A stretch of 64,000 nt of DNA from Phoronis australis (GCA_002633005.1 NMRA01000315.1:452463-516462), one strand, 5' to 3'. Shown: positions 25,953 to 37,837, counted from the first letter of the stretch. The notes: generated by a model from the sequence alone, not told the origin. Numbers and translations: made by a program.

Positions 25953-26800
25953 TTAAAACGGATTATCCATAATAACGTTAAGACCGTTAAGACAGAAGAG
26001 AGCTTTAAGTTAATTATATATTACCAAAACCATAAAACTAAAGATCTTGTTCTTAAAAACAATATGTGCTCAAAGTCTGTCCGAGTGTTAGCCAAAACTG
26101 ACTTGATTTGTCAGTTCAATTGTCCCCACAACGAATGTATTCGTTCAAACACTGATTGCTCAAGGTATGTTTGTTATACAACTTGCACTTTATCTCGCCG
26201 GTTATCTATGAATTCACAGAATGGATCAATTAAAGATCACTTTCAAACACTCCACAAACAGCAAATTTCTCGTTCAAATATTGTTGACAATGCCATCGTC
26301 AGGTATTTCGAACGTGACTCATTTTGTTTGAAAATACTCGAAGCTTTTATGATAAAAACTGAAACTCCTGGCATAAATTCCCAAGATACTGGGTTCCATC
26401 GTACCTTGTCGTTATATAAATAATGTCCATAAGTTGTAACACCTATGTATTTTTTAAAATTTTTATAACGTTTCATAGTACATTAGTTTCCATGACAATT
26501 CCTTCTGTAATTGCACTCTTATGTATGCAACCTTATATTCGTGTTTAATGTCATTGTTCTTGTTTCATGTATCTTACACGATAGCGTTTACGATTTTTAA
26601 ATTTATTTGCCTTTGATGACTGATGTATAGTCGACGTACCGCTTCTGTTTTATTATGAAATGTTTTGTACAGAGTTTTATTATATATTTACTCATATGTA
26701 TGTGTTCGTGATGCCACTTAAACTGGGCGATCTACTATATCAACCACCATCCGATGAAAGACCCTGCGAAAGTTTGTTGTACAAACTAATTAAAGCCAAA
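25953..26800 (+). mobile_element. Penelope-like element 3' fragment with GIY-YIG endonuclease (Naiad-like)
   Basis: ORF to 26423 reads LIIYYQNHKTKDLVLKNN...QFNCPHNEC...YVCYTTCTLSRRL...GSIKDH...LKILEAFMIKTETPGINSQ, the PLE GIY-YIG pattern with the G positions decayed. Hammerhead-like remnant at 26612-26640. Confidence 0.8.
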
Positions 26801-26823
26801 AACATCTTACTTTTCAATGAAAC

Positions 26824-26829
26824 ATATAC

Positions 26830-26867
<38 letters not shown>

Positions 26868-26872
26868 ATAAA

Positions 26873-26924
<52 letters not shown>
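26824..26924. repeat. Compound microsatellite (TA)n(TG)n-spacer-(CA)n
   Basis: Directly visible. Confidence 0.95.
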
Positions 26925-26927
<3 letters not shown>

Positions 26928-28284
26928 TTATATATATTTCAAAATCCTTGGTGATCACGGAATCGTTTAAGTGCACAAAATGGTTTGCTAGATTTTCATT
27001 TTCCAGTGAAAGTTGCAACATTTGTTTCTTTGATTAGCTATGAAAGCATACATGGGACTATCTGTCCGTTAAGGTGTTTTCACCTGAGAAGAGCGCTGGC
27101 AAAAAGCAAGATATTTCTTTAAACCGAAGTCTTGTTTTTAACATCCTTTGGAAGAAAATTTCCGACAAACTTTTTACTTATTTATTTATTATTGTAATAT
27201 TTACAATGAACTCTCACTGCTTTCCATTGGGGCCATCAGTAAAAACATACAATGACAGCAAGACAAACAAACAGAATTACAAAATGAAAGACAAGATTTA
27301 AACAATCAATGATGAATGTAAAACTGGCATAAAAAGACTGCTGAAACAAAATAATACTAACAAATAACAAATAGAATATACTAAAATTAAGGCAACACGA
27401 TTAAATAGAAATAAAAATATTCAATAGAACAGACGAATTACAATTGTTAAAAGAAAGTCAAATTGTATGCATGCATACATACATACATACATTCGTAAAT
27501 ACATGCATAAATACTTATACACACGTTCATACACACACATGCACACATATGTATATGAATAAGATACATAGCTTGGTCTGGGGATATTGAACGCAGGTTT
27601 GGTACACAAACCACATCTAAATAATGCACAATACGTACCTAAAATTTCCCGCGTATCGACCGAGACAAATTCCTAAGTTTCTTTCATTTTTTCTGCACTT
27701 TTTTAAATACATGTACTTCACCCAGACTGTTCACATGGCGGATTACATCCTATATGTATGTACTTGCGCTTTAAATTACAAGTTTTCTCTGGTTAAAGAA
27801 ACAGTTTTAAAAGTAACGATTTTTACTTGTAAGAGATAAAAAAGATGAAAACAACGGTAATTGTGCATTGAACTTGTAATACTTCCTGACAATTGCTAAA
27901 TAACAACATTATTTGATATTGTAGTTACCGAAGAATCGGCGCCTGAGTTGCAGACCATATATTTTGCAATTGAAAACTGAGACAGAATTGTCATATAATT
28001 AACAGTTTAGTACCAGATGTTACGTTTGAGACTTGATTGCATGTTGAGGGTTATTTACATTGCTGGAATTGGATTACTTTAAACTATTTTCGGAATGTCT
28101 GATGATCGAACCGGCTAACGACGTCGAGTCGACATTGACCTACTTTTTGAACTTTCCACGTCAGGGGTTACTTTGAAGTAGTTCTGGAAGTAAACACGGA
28201 AAACAATATTAAATGGCCGTCTTGTACTTGACTGACTCAACGCGATCGGATTAAATTGATTTATTATAATTTTTTCAAAGCTTA

Positions 28285-28500
28285 TCAAGGATGATGCAGA
28301 TTTGGCGTCGGAAGGGAGAGTGTACCATATACAGTATAATGCCCACTGTACGAAAATGATTTGTCTCCAGTTTTGTTTATGGTTTTCGGAAGATTGAAAT
28401 TGGATGACAGTGAGGCCCTATTGATATAACGATAAGCACTCATCGTAAACTTAAGTATGTTGGGGCAAGACGTGTAAAACATTTGCTAATAGAGTCATGG
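28285..28500 (-). mobile_element. Decayed CR1/L2-like LINE ORF2 C-terminal fragment; probable 3' tail at ~27175-27430
   Basis: FNLPKTINKTGDKSFSYSG resembles the CR1/L2 C-terminal P...T..G..SFSY.G motif. An (AATA)-type tail lies on the minus strand near 27180. Confidence 0.45.
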
Positions 28501-29781
28501 AACAGTTTTTCCGAGTGCCTTGTGAAAAATATCGTGTTTAAGGAAAATTTGGGTATCCCGTAAAATAGCTTTTCCAAGATCCCGTGTCCATCAAGGGCCA
28601 AAAAATAGTTTTCCGGGTCTACTAACTTTAAAGTACTTGTATTTAAGAAACTCGACCCTTGGTAATAAAGGTAGACCTCAAAATTCTGCGAAAACTGTTA
28701 GCTATAATGTCACTTTACAGTACATTTATGGCATTGGTGTTCTCATTGGAATGCAACTCAGTGGTCACTTGACACTTGGCTTTTTCACAATCCAAGACTG
28801 CCGACAAGACTGCTACCGCATGAGACTCGAATGTAGATTTCAAATTATAAATTTTGGCTTAAGCACGATGGGAAATACGTTTGACATGAATGTTTATGTT
28901 TGTCAATACCAATAATCAGATTCTGATATTGTTTAATCATGGCAATTGAAAGGTAAGTAGGACGTTTAAAATCCAAATGAATACTAAAATTTGAAAGTAA
29001 AGTGTGAATACACCATGTTGCGTGCTTGGCGCTCACCATGACGTAATGTTCCCAAAAGCGATTTGGCAAAAATTCCATGTCATCAAATAGGAAATATGAA
29101 ATCATCAAAACTGTTTGGAAGGAGCCCAAAAAGAATAAACGACATCTGGGCCTACCAGGCTGTTGGATTAATGTTGTCCGATTATCTAAGCCGATTTGCG
29201 AATACAAGAAGCCCATATCCGTTTCGCTAGTGTTATGCATTGACAATGTGAGTACTTAGAACATTGTTTTTTAATATGATGGCACGGTCAATAGGACTGC
29301 TCAATTGTATGCGTTCTGTTATTTTTAACGAAAAAATTTCAATTATGTTTAGTTAGAAAATCAAGAAATTACTTCTAAAACAATTTTTCACTGTCAGCCT
29401 TACAGCTCGGCGCACATGCGTAACTACATGTATTTCGGATTTTTTCATGCACCGCATGCGTACCTCATCTAATTGCCGCATTTTTGTGGTAGAAATACCA
29501 TTTCACGTGGACCACGGATTTACACTGCACAACACGCAAAACACAACAGAAACGCAGTGGCACTTACCATACCGCTTCCATGACGAATCGTTTGAAATGG
29601 CCAATAAACGTGCAGTTAACATATAATGTAAACAGAAACTCGACACTACTCAAGGTCATGTGATTACATCTTATCAAATGCACAGTCGTCTCGTTCCTGG
29701 GGTAACCAAAACAACTTTTCTTGGACAACGCCAAGTTCGAGCTACTACCCTTACTCTATTGGTAAAGACGATGATGGAACT

Positions 29782-31124
29782 TTATGGAGAATCGTTACTG
29801 TTAGAACTTCGACGAACAACTTCAACTTTAACGGACGACGAAGAAGTAGATATCTTCACATAAACGTCTGGAGTAATTTCGCGTCTTCTACTGGTACGAA
29901 CAGACGTTGAAGGAGCTATCTCAGTTACAACATTTGAAGATGGAGTTGTCACAGTTACAGAGAAATTGTCGTCCTTGGAACGGGTTTCTTTACATTTAGA
30001 ATTATTAGACTTACTCTTCGACAAAGTGTTGCGTTTTGGTGAAGTAACGGACATTCGTACATTCTTTTCTATAGATAGTTTCTTGCCTCGCTCTTTCTCT
30101 GTTGCAACGGTTGAGAGAAGATTATTAGCTGGTGCGGATTTATTGTTGCGGCTTACATGAGGGTGGTCACGTCTTTCCGATGAAGTAGACGGAATATCTG
30201 AAGCTGCTCCGCGAGATGCACTCCTGTTCGTTCTTTCCAATCTTTCTCTCATTTTGTTGAACAGTTTTGAATTGAGTAAGTCTTTATTTTCTTGATTTGA
30301 ATCTTTCCTGAAGTCTTTCTTGAGAGTTTCCTTGCTCTTACATTTGTTGTTGCCTAGCGACGAAATTACCTGGAACAAACTCTTCAGCAAATTAGACTCA
30401 CTTTCTCGCTCGTGAGATTTGTCAAGTGTATTTGAGATTTCATTGATCAACTTGACCTTTTGTCGGAGGTTCGATTCCTTCAGAATCTGTGGACCGATTT
30501 GCTGCAGCTCTTTGGAACGTTTCTCCTCTAAGGAGACGTCAGATTCTTCAGAATTCGATTCGTCAGACGATAGGGATGATGGCGGTGACAAGGATGAAGA
30601 CACACACGTTGAAGGAATTGGTGTCGTATCGATAGGATCATAGTCTGACAACAAACCATCAGCTGTCGTAGGTGTTTTCTCGTCATCGTTTCTAAGTTTC
30701 ACGATTTCATGCTTCTCGACAACGTCCTTGGAGATCACAACAAACTTTTCCATTATGGCACTAAGATCGAGTTTTGACGGCTTTATGATCCCATCCTTCA
30801 CATCTTTTTCTTCCTCCAACAACATGTCATTAATATGGCGCTCTACAACCTGAAAACACTCTTTTATTTCAGCTGCACTTAAATCGCCTATTCCACAGCC
30901 ATTTTGATTGCGGTTTGCCATGATCATCATGGCTAGCCTGTGGATGATCTCATCAAACTCGTTACGTTTGTCGACGCGAAATTGTTTCCAGTCGCGTACA
31001 TAAGAAACTCGCATGTACCACACGAACATGACAAGGGCGGATATAATCACAATTGCTGCTATGCAGGCATACATGAACCTCGTTTCATCTCCCCTTACGA
31101 CATTTGTTGTGAGAAATTTGTGAG
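29782..31124 (-). CDS. Terminal exon: juxtamembrane stalk, TM helix and ~400 aa Ser/Lys-rich cytoplasmic tail (probably of the right Ig-TSP1 receptor copy)
   Basis: Acceptor cctttgtctttcag|CT in phase 1. Longest uninterrupted ORF in the window. Hydrophobic FMYACIAAIVIISALVMFVWY is followed by basic residues. Phase-compatible with the TSP1 exon. Confidence 0.8.
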
Positions 31125-32700
31125 CTGAAAGACAAAGGAAAATTACGTAAATGACCAACCTATTGCTTGTGCGTTATTCATCATTGGATTTGTACAAAAT
31201 CAACAGGAACGAAATTCAACTCCTCCGACAAAACGAAAACGTTCCGATTAAATGCCGCAAATTTTAAACATTGTTTAATTAGGACTTTGATCACGGATAG
31301 GAAAATGCCAGCAAAAAGATGAGGAGCACTTGAGTGTTTATCAGGATGTCAGGTCAAAACTGATTCTTTAAGAAGGATGTTCATAATGCCTCACTTGCTC
31401 AACTAGTTTAATCGACCTTCTTATACGAATTCAAGTTAGAAGAATATCTAAAATGGGAACCTTTAAACGTAGTCAATCTTAGTAGCAACGAACTTTATCA
31501 CTTATCATTGGCACATGACCTGTTTTCTTGCTTACCCCCCTAGGTTTACAACGATTGGTTAATGGGTTAGAAGCGAATGCCCAGCAAACAAATTGAAGGA
31601 GAATGGGGACTCTACCAGTAATGGCGGTTCTTTTTATGTCCATTTCACAAGTTTGTGAATAACGTTTGGATGGCCCTTCAGCTCTGTTTGTATGAGGAGG
31701 AAGTTTTGTTCTATGCTAAATTCAAGGTTTTCTTTTCAATTAACACAAGGAAAAAATATTCCTTAAGTCGTTGTTGTACAGGTGTCTCCGGTATTGTTTC
31801 TAAAATGAAGATTTTGCATGTACGCGCAATTCAGTGTGTGGCGGCTCATGACAGCAGTCATGCAAAACACGATTGTTACAATTGAGTGCATTTATACATT
31901 TTGATCCGTGGAAAATACCTTGAAGATCACGTTGAAAAACGGCTGCGGTCTCCTTAAAGGTTGTTTTAATGGGGCCAAAATTTACTGTGAGATGCCGTGG
32001 AAAAATGATCCAATTTGTCAACGTTAGGACCGAAATTCATAAGAAGTTAAGACTGAAGACGAAAATTCAGAAAAAACCCCGATTCGTGAACACAAAAAAG
32101 GATTTTGATTTCCGGTCAGGCTATGTGTTAAATACGATTTCAAAATAATCTTGGCTTGAAATACCAACTTGCACGTGGCTTTATTTAAATTTTGAATACA
32201 ATTAGGATCTCACTTGCTTGAAGATGAGCGCATCCTAGTATGACAAGAAAATACCAATTTGTGCAGGTAAGTCGCAGTGCATTGTCTTTTCTGTCTTTGC
32301 GGGTTCTCAAATTACAAGCAGACGATCTTCAATTTGACATTGTTAAGTGAAATAAGTCAACGAAACTTGTTCCTCAACAGTTAACAGAGATACCATTCCT
32401 GCATTTTGGTCATTTAGACCAAAAGTCCAATATTAAAGGCGAAAGCAACCCTTTTTCATGTCATTTTGAGCTAAAATATGGTTGGTTGGTTATCCTAGAC
32501 ATATTTTCCACTTAATTACAGCTTTTCGTAATTGTGTTAATTACTCGTCTGCTACTCCGGAAGTGACGTTTTAGGACGCAAGCATTTCGCGCCAATTTCT
32601 TTTCATATAGTCTGACTGTGAGAGCTGCCGAGTCAGTCATTGTTCTACCTCGGTTGTGTTAAGTTACGTCGTCGTTTGCTTTCATTTACAAACAGTCAAC

Positions 32701-33489
32701 ATGCCACACTGTTGCTGCGTACCGGGATGTACTAATTATCGTCTCACGCGCGCTTTGGGAGTATCTCAGCATCGCTTTCCGATGGATGACACACCTCGCC
32801 GTACTTGGCTCGTTCGTGTGAAGAACGCAGCGTTAAACGTCCACGCAACATACAAAGCAGTCGAGAATTACCGTGTGTGTGGCAAGCACTTTCTGCCGTC
32901 CGATTACGAAAGGGATTTGTACGCTGAACTGATGAAGGTCCCTGCAAAACAACGCCTGATGAAGGATGCCATTCCGTCTGTGTTGACTCCCGGCAGTGCC
33001 CCGTCGCCACCCCCGAGAAGTGCGTTTTTGAAGAGAGAAGCCTCGCGAGCTGTGGCCACTACAGTGACTGGAGCCAGTGGCGGCACTTCATTCACTGTCA
33101 CCCGTGCCTCCGAAAGTACCCCAGTGCGTGCCATTCCTGGAACCAGTGGTTATTCGCCCTGTGCTGTTTTCTCCAGCCCAGAGCCTCTAAGCAGCCCTGC
33201 AGCGATATTGAATAGTGGGAGTGATTACAGGCCCAGTTCGACACCCAGTGAAGAGGACAGTTCGTCGTCCAGTGAACAGATCGGTGAACCAAACTTTGAT
33301 AAGTTTAGTGTGAACTTGTCTCAAGTGTTGGAGCTATTTAGAAGGTGCCAGGTGTGTGGCGAGGGAGTCACACGACACGATGTAGCAGTTTGGGTGCTCA
33401 GGTCACAATCCACTTGGAGTGTGTCGCGGGACACTCTGGCAAGTGAGACAGTTGTTCCTCTGTTCGTGGTATGCCGGAGGTCCACTTAA
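32701..33489 (+). CDS. THAP-domain N-terminal half of a Kolobok transposase (truncated)
   Basis: MPHCCCVPGC...HRFP...W...VCGKHF...RLMKDAIPSV is a complete C2CH THAP with its AVPTIF box. An S/P-rich linker and LELFRRCQVCG follow, then the frame is lost. Confidence 0.85.
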   Translation: MPHCCCVPGCTNYRLTRALGVSQHRFPMDDTPRRTWLVRVKNAALNVHATYKAVENYRVCGKHFLPSDYERDLYAELMKVPAKQRLMKDAIPSVLTPGSAPSPPPRSAFLKREASRAVATTVTGASGGTSFTVTRASESTPVRAIPGTSGYSPCAVFSSPEPLSSPAAILNSGSDYRPSSTPSEEDSSSSSEQIGEPNFDKFSVNLSQVLELFRRCQVCGEGVTRHDVAVWVLRSQSTWSVSRDTLASETVVPLFVVCRRST

Positions 33490-33811
33490 CCGTGTGCAGT
33501 AGTGGCTTGGCCTCGTCGAACTCTGAACGGCACAAGCATCCCATTGAGGTAGGCATAACAACGCACACAGTGCATTTGCACCAAGATGTGTCACCACGTC
33601 TGTCCTCAGTAGCCTCCTCGTTTCTCTCAACAGCTGCCTGTGCCTGCGCGTACTCTGCCACGTTATACTCGGGCTCAAACATGTACCCACCCACTGAATG
33701 TCCGTGAAAAAATACCTCGTCACCACTGCTGTGAACAAGGTCTCCGTCACTCACACTACTGTCACTATGATACGGGTCACCGACTCCAGCAATTTTCAGC
33801 TTACAACACAC
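33490..33811 (-). pseudogene. KolX-like Cys-rich accessory protein, N-terminal part (P2X7 ballast-like motif)
   Basis: GYMFEPEY...RRGDTSWCKCTVCVVMPTSMGCLCRSE, truncated at the deletion junction with the THAP ORF. Confidence 0.75.
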
Positions 33812-34239
33812 TAAACAATCCCTAGATCTAACGTAGTTGAGTTCACTACTAACCTATCTTGCCACAGAATACTCGCCGATGGAAAGTGGTGGCGACAATT
33901 GTTGAAAAACAGCACAAAATAAAAGTAGAATAGAACAGATTCGCACGTTAAACTCAACGCAAAACCAAGTGGCGGGAAAGGCTTGCCTCCTTAAACGTCA
34001 CTTCCGCAGTAGAGGACGAGTAATTAATAAAATTACGAAAAGCTGTAATTAAGTGGAAAACATGTCTAGGATAACCAACCAACCTTACTGTACAGTGTAG
34101 CTCAAAATGACATGAAAAAAGGTTGCCTTCGCCTTTAAGCCTACTAGGTAGCAGGCTAATTTTTATCTTATCTTAGTCAGATTTGGGTCTTAATTTCGGC
34201 TTAAAAAATTTTATGAAACAAGTTCAGACATTTGGGTTT

Positions 34240-34730
34240 TAGCCCAATTTCGGTGTAATTTAAGACAGAAATGGTATCAAGAAACAATCCCCAGCGGATC
34301 ACATCTGTGACAAGTTTCTTATTAAGATCAAGGCATAAAAACTTTCCTACATGTATACGTGTGGCACTCCGATCTACCTGTAGAAACAATGTACTTCGAC
34401 CAGAAAGAATTTGTAAAGTTGTTTATACCGATGAAATTGAAACTGAGATAAACTTTTTATTTGATTGTCCTGTCCTTGCAGACCTACGGAAATAGGTAAG
34501 TTACCACAAGATATTGTTAGAAATAGAAACATTAAGGCACTCTTATATTCAGATTCAATGTTTGTTTTAAGAAATACAACATCCTTTATTCAACAAGCAA
34601 TGGCACTTAGGAGAGAAATTATGATGACTCGGCGAGATTATTATGTTTATATATCAATATGTTGAACTGTGGGACAATGGCCGTATGAGTTTTGAAATAA
34701 ACGTTTTGTTGTTTGTTTGTTTGTTTGTTC
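34240..34730 (+). mobile_element. LINE 3' fragment with decayed C-terminal CCHC knuckle (RTEX-like)
   Basis: ERICKV...EIETEINFLFDCPVLADLR, then AATAAA and a (GTTT)n tail at ~34697-34729. Confidence 0.65.
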
Positions 34731-35679
34731 GATCTACCCGTACAAATTTTTCCCCTAACGTATGCTACTCCTTTTGGAAATCTTCACCAATCTACCGCCA
34801 GTTTTGGTGTATCAAGGTCACAGTACTTTGCCCTGTAACTTACTAACACCTCTCTCGCACGTTACTCGTGTAACGCGAACGGCATTGAATACTCCCGCAC
34901 GTTGTCCATTGTCTCGCGCCATCTCTATGCACACTTAAGTGGGTCAACTCATATTTTCCATAAATATTTAACAGTGGTATTACAGAGACTTGTATCAGGT
35001 TTCCGAAAAGGACTGGGTCGGTGAGCGGTGAACTAGCATTCACGGGGAGAAAATAATGTTCGGAGGCAAGGTTCGCAGGTGCGCAAAAGAAGAGACGCGC
35101 CCTCAAAACCAAAAAATATCTACATGTATGGATCCTATCTTACGGTGACGTTGCATGTGAAGCAAACCGTAATCACGATCACACTTGCATGCAAATAAGC
35201 AGACTTTCACCCAATTTCCCTGAGAGTAATTATCACATAGCTATGCAAACAAAGCGTTTTAAATACTTGAATTTTATACGTCACAGATATAACATTTTCA
35301 TGATATCCTTAATATAAGTGCTTGTATTCAAGAATATACCATACAAAACTGAACCGGAAATATCAGACAAAGGCCTCAACATGTGTCTTGAGTTGAGTCT
35401 AATGCCTTGTTAACTGCCATTCCACGAGAGCACCATAAGGGTCACCGTATCTGATCTTGAAAAAATGTGTAAATATATATCCTGGTGGGATATACTTATT
35501 TGAATTTTGGGCCATTATTTTTTAAGTTAGAGCATCATGAATACTTTGGCCCAAAATAGCTCATTTTTGGTTCAAAAAGGTTCAGTTAATGAAATTGTTT
35601 TAAAATGGCTTTAAAAAACGGGAAAGGAAAATGTATTTTTAATGTAGACATTGAACCTGTCTATCAAAATACATGTTAT

Positions 35680-36065
35680 TTTACATGATGTTAATTGCTT
35701 AACCGTTTCCACCCAAATCTGATTTTTTCACTTTCTGTCACACTCCCATGAAAGATAAAAATGGCATCTGTTAAAAATGTTGGACGCACTGGTTTTGTAA
35801 TTTTTCATTGTAGCTAAGGCACATACCTAGCAAAGTGATCTCAGTACAAATTAATACGCAAGCTACATGTCAAATAATCCTAACAGCCTTTTGCCACAGT
35901 AAATAATTTACTGTAGAATGTAGTTTGGAAATTTTCACTGAACACAAAGGGACCAAGCTCACGTTACGTATGAAAGTAGACATGAATAATTGTTACCATG
36001 GCGATTGAGTACCATAAAACTTTTCGTCCTCAAACTTGAATTTGACTAGCATGATAATAAATGAT
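35680..36065. repeat. Old repeat arm, inverted relative to 48505-48905
   Basis: For example ctagcaaagtgatctcagtacaaattaat, gattgagtaccataaa and gcatgataataaatga match the reverse complement of 48630-48905. The arm continues after the insertions at ~37840 and ~44835-44960. Confidence 0.7.
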
Positions 36066-36067
36066 AT

Positions 36068-37837
36068 AGACCCTATTCACGCGGCGGCCATTAAGATCCA
36101 AAGCGAGGCTCACTGCGATAAACAACGCGAAAGTAGACATTGCGTGAGTTAAATAGCCGGTCTTTCGAGTCCAACCTGGATATTAAATTTTAATGATGTG
36201 TCGACAATTAACTACAGAGACGTAGAGAATTACATTAGAGAACAAGTTAAGGCGCCAAAGAGTTGTCTGACGAAAGGGTTTAATTTTTTTCGGAAAACTA
36301 GGTTCGAAACATGAAAACTAAATATGACCAAATTGCGGCGATCGTATTGTTACGGATTAGGTATTATGCTGAATGCAGGGTTACGTTTATTTCTTGTAAA
36401 TTGTGGATCAAAATACTTTCTACGCGGACCAGGTCATCTGCTCGTATTGTTGACGAGTTGAAGACATATTCGACAGTGGTGTCTGTCATGTGCAATTAGT
36501 CACATCTGGTTTAATTTGTTGATCAAGAATATTAACATCAAGCATAGCCTGATCCTATGCACTCACTGGGACTAACAGTTGATTTGTCATTGGTCTGAAA
36601 GAATAATTGATGTTATTAAATATATTTTCATTAAAATAAAAAACCAGGCTCGTAACTGAAAATAAAAATTATTTGACCATCAATGCTTTCTTGGTTGTAA
36701 TAATTCTTACGTCTATTTCATGTGTTAGATTTCAAATATCAATCTGGACCACGTTGAATTTTAAAACACCTAATTCGTTCGTCCAAAACATAACGTCGTT
36801 TTAGAACTCAATTTCAGTTAACTGGACAATGCAATCATAGTTATCATGTTTCTGCAGAAGCCTCTTTCATCCGAGGGGAACGGTTCCAGTGCCTACTAAG
36901 AGGCGATTTTTCGCCGAGTGAGGGCGGGAACAATCTACCTCCCGATCACCATCAATAGGACCCCCGCCCTGTTGCAAGCTCTCATAGGCTCTGCCTCAAT
37001 TTAAAGTAGCCTTTTGTGCTCTTAAAAATTGTCATCTGTGTGGTTACAGGCGATGTGAACTCAGAAACTCGGAGATTTTTCACTAGGGGAATTTTTATGC
37101 CCCGTGGGGGGAATTTCGCGTGATATTTCAATATGTTTGAGAAGGGGATAGGGCCGATATTGGGCCCCAGATTTGAGGGATTGAGGGCCCAGTCCTTTTT
37201 GGAAAGAAAAAATATAATGTTTCAACCCGCAGCAGGGGCGGATCCAGGTTTTTCAGTGAGGGGGGCAGGGCACAGGAATAAGGAGCATTTCGGCAGATGC
37301 GCGCGCCCAGCCTAAACTCTTGGGATGCAGGGGTCTTGAATTCTTGGGTTTGCGGACCTGTTGACTAAAAAAAACAGTATACAGGGTTCATTCAGCGCCT
37401 ATGCGTTGTTTATTCACCCCCAAGACCCGCCCTGGTTGCGCACATGTGCTAGTCAGCAATTCGCACTCGAACTCAAAAATGGGATCTGATACAATTTTAG
37501 GGGCATGCCCCCCCCTCCACCCCTAAATCCGTAGTCATGAAAACACATGGCTGGCCCATTCTCCGGTCGTTAACAACTGGCAGACATGCGACAAAATATG
37601 ATCGAAAACATTTATAAATTTTACACGGACATATTTTGCTTAGTCGCGGCAACGACCCAACGCTTCTGAATCTCAACGTCTTTAGAGATTGTGAAGCAGA
37701 CAGTTGCGTGTCCGTATTTTTTCTAGCCGTTCGCGGAACAACACGGTCTGAAACACCGAACTATGCCGATAAGCTAACAGAGCTATCGTAGCGAGCCTCG
37801 TTTTGGAATGCGCCTCCTGTCGGCGTGAATAGGGTTT
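36068..37837. mobile_element. ISL2EU-like (PIF/Harbinger-related) non-autonomous element
   Basis: TIRs AGACCCTATTCACGC / GCGTGAATAGGGTTT with a 2-bp AT TSD. Subterminal IR ccaaagcgaggctcactgcgata. Plus-strand remnant INYRDVENYIREQVKAPKSCLTKGFNFF and minus-strand THAP-like remnant CCS...FTISKDVEIQKRW. Confidence 0.7.

Larger units (their letters stand above)
32437..34134 (+). mobile_element. Kolobok-type DNA transposon, family A, copy 2 (internal deletion derivative)
   Basis: TTAA TSD at 32433-32436 and 34135-34138. AGG...CCT ends, long TIRs, convergent THAP and KolX-like ORFs, no DDE core. Confidence 0.9.

Noticed and set aside
26706-26760. Possible SECIS (GTGA...AAA...GA) after the Penelope ORF
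   Set aside because: Spacing and the upper stem do not fit, and there is no in-frame TGA in the visible ORF.
26660-27629. ORFs with VCVCVC/THTHTH and MYVC repeats
   Set aside because: Translations of microsatellites.
34843-35112. ORF with DG...QWTTCGSIQCRSR, faintly TSP1-like, in the TSP1-TM intron
   Set aside because: It lacks WxxW and the cysteine pattern. The splice-compatible frame is a different one and would create TAG if joined to the TSP1 exon.
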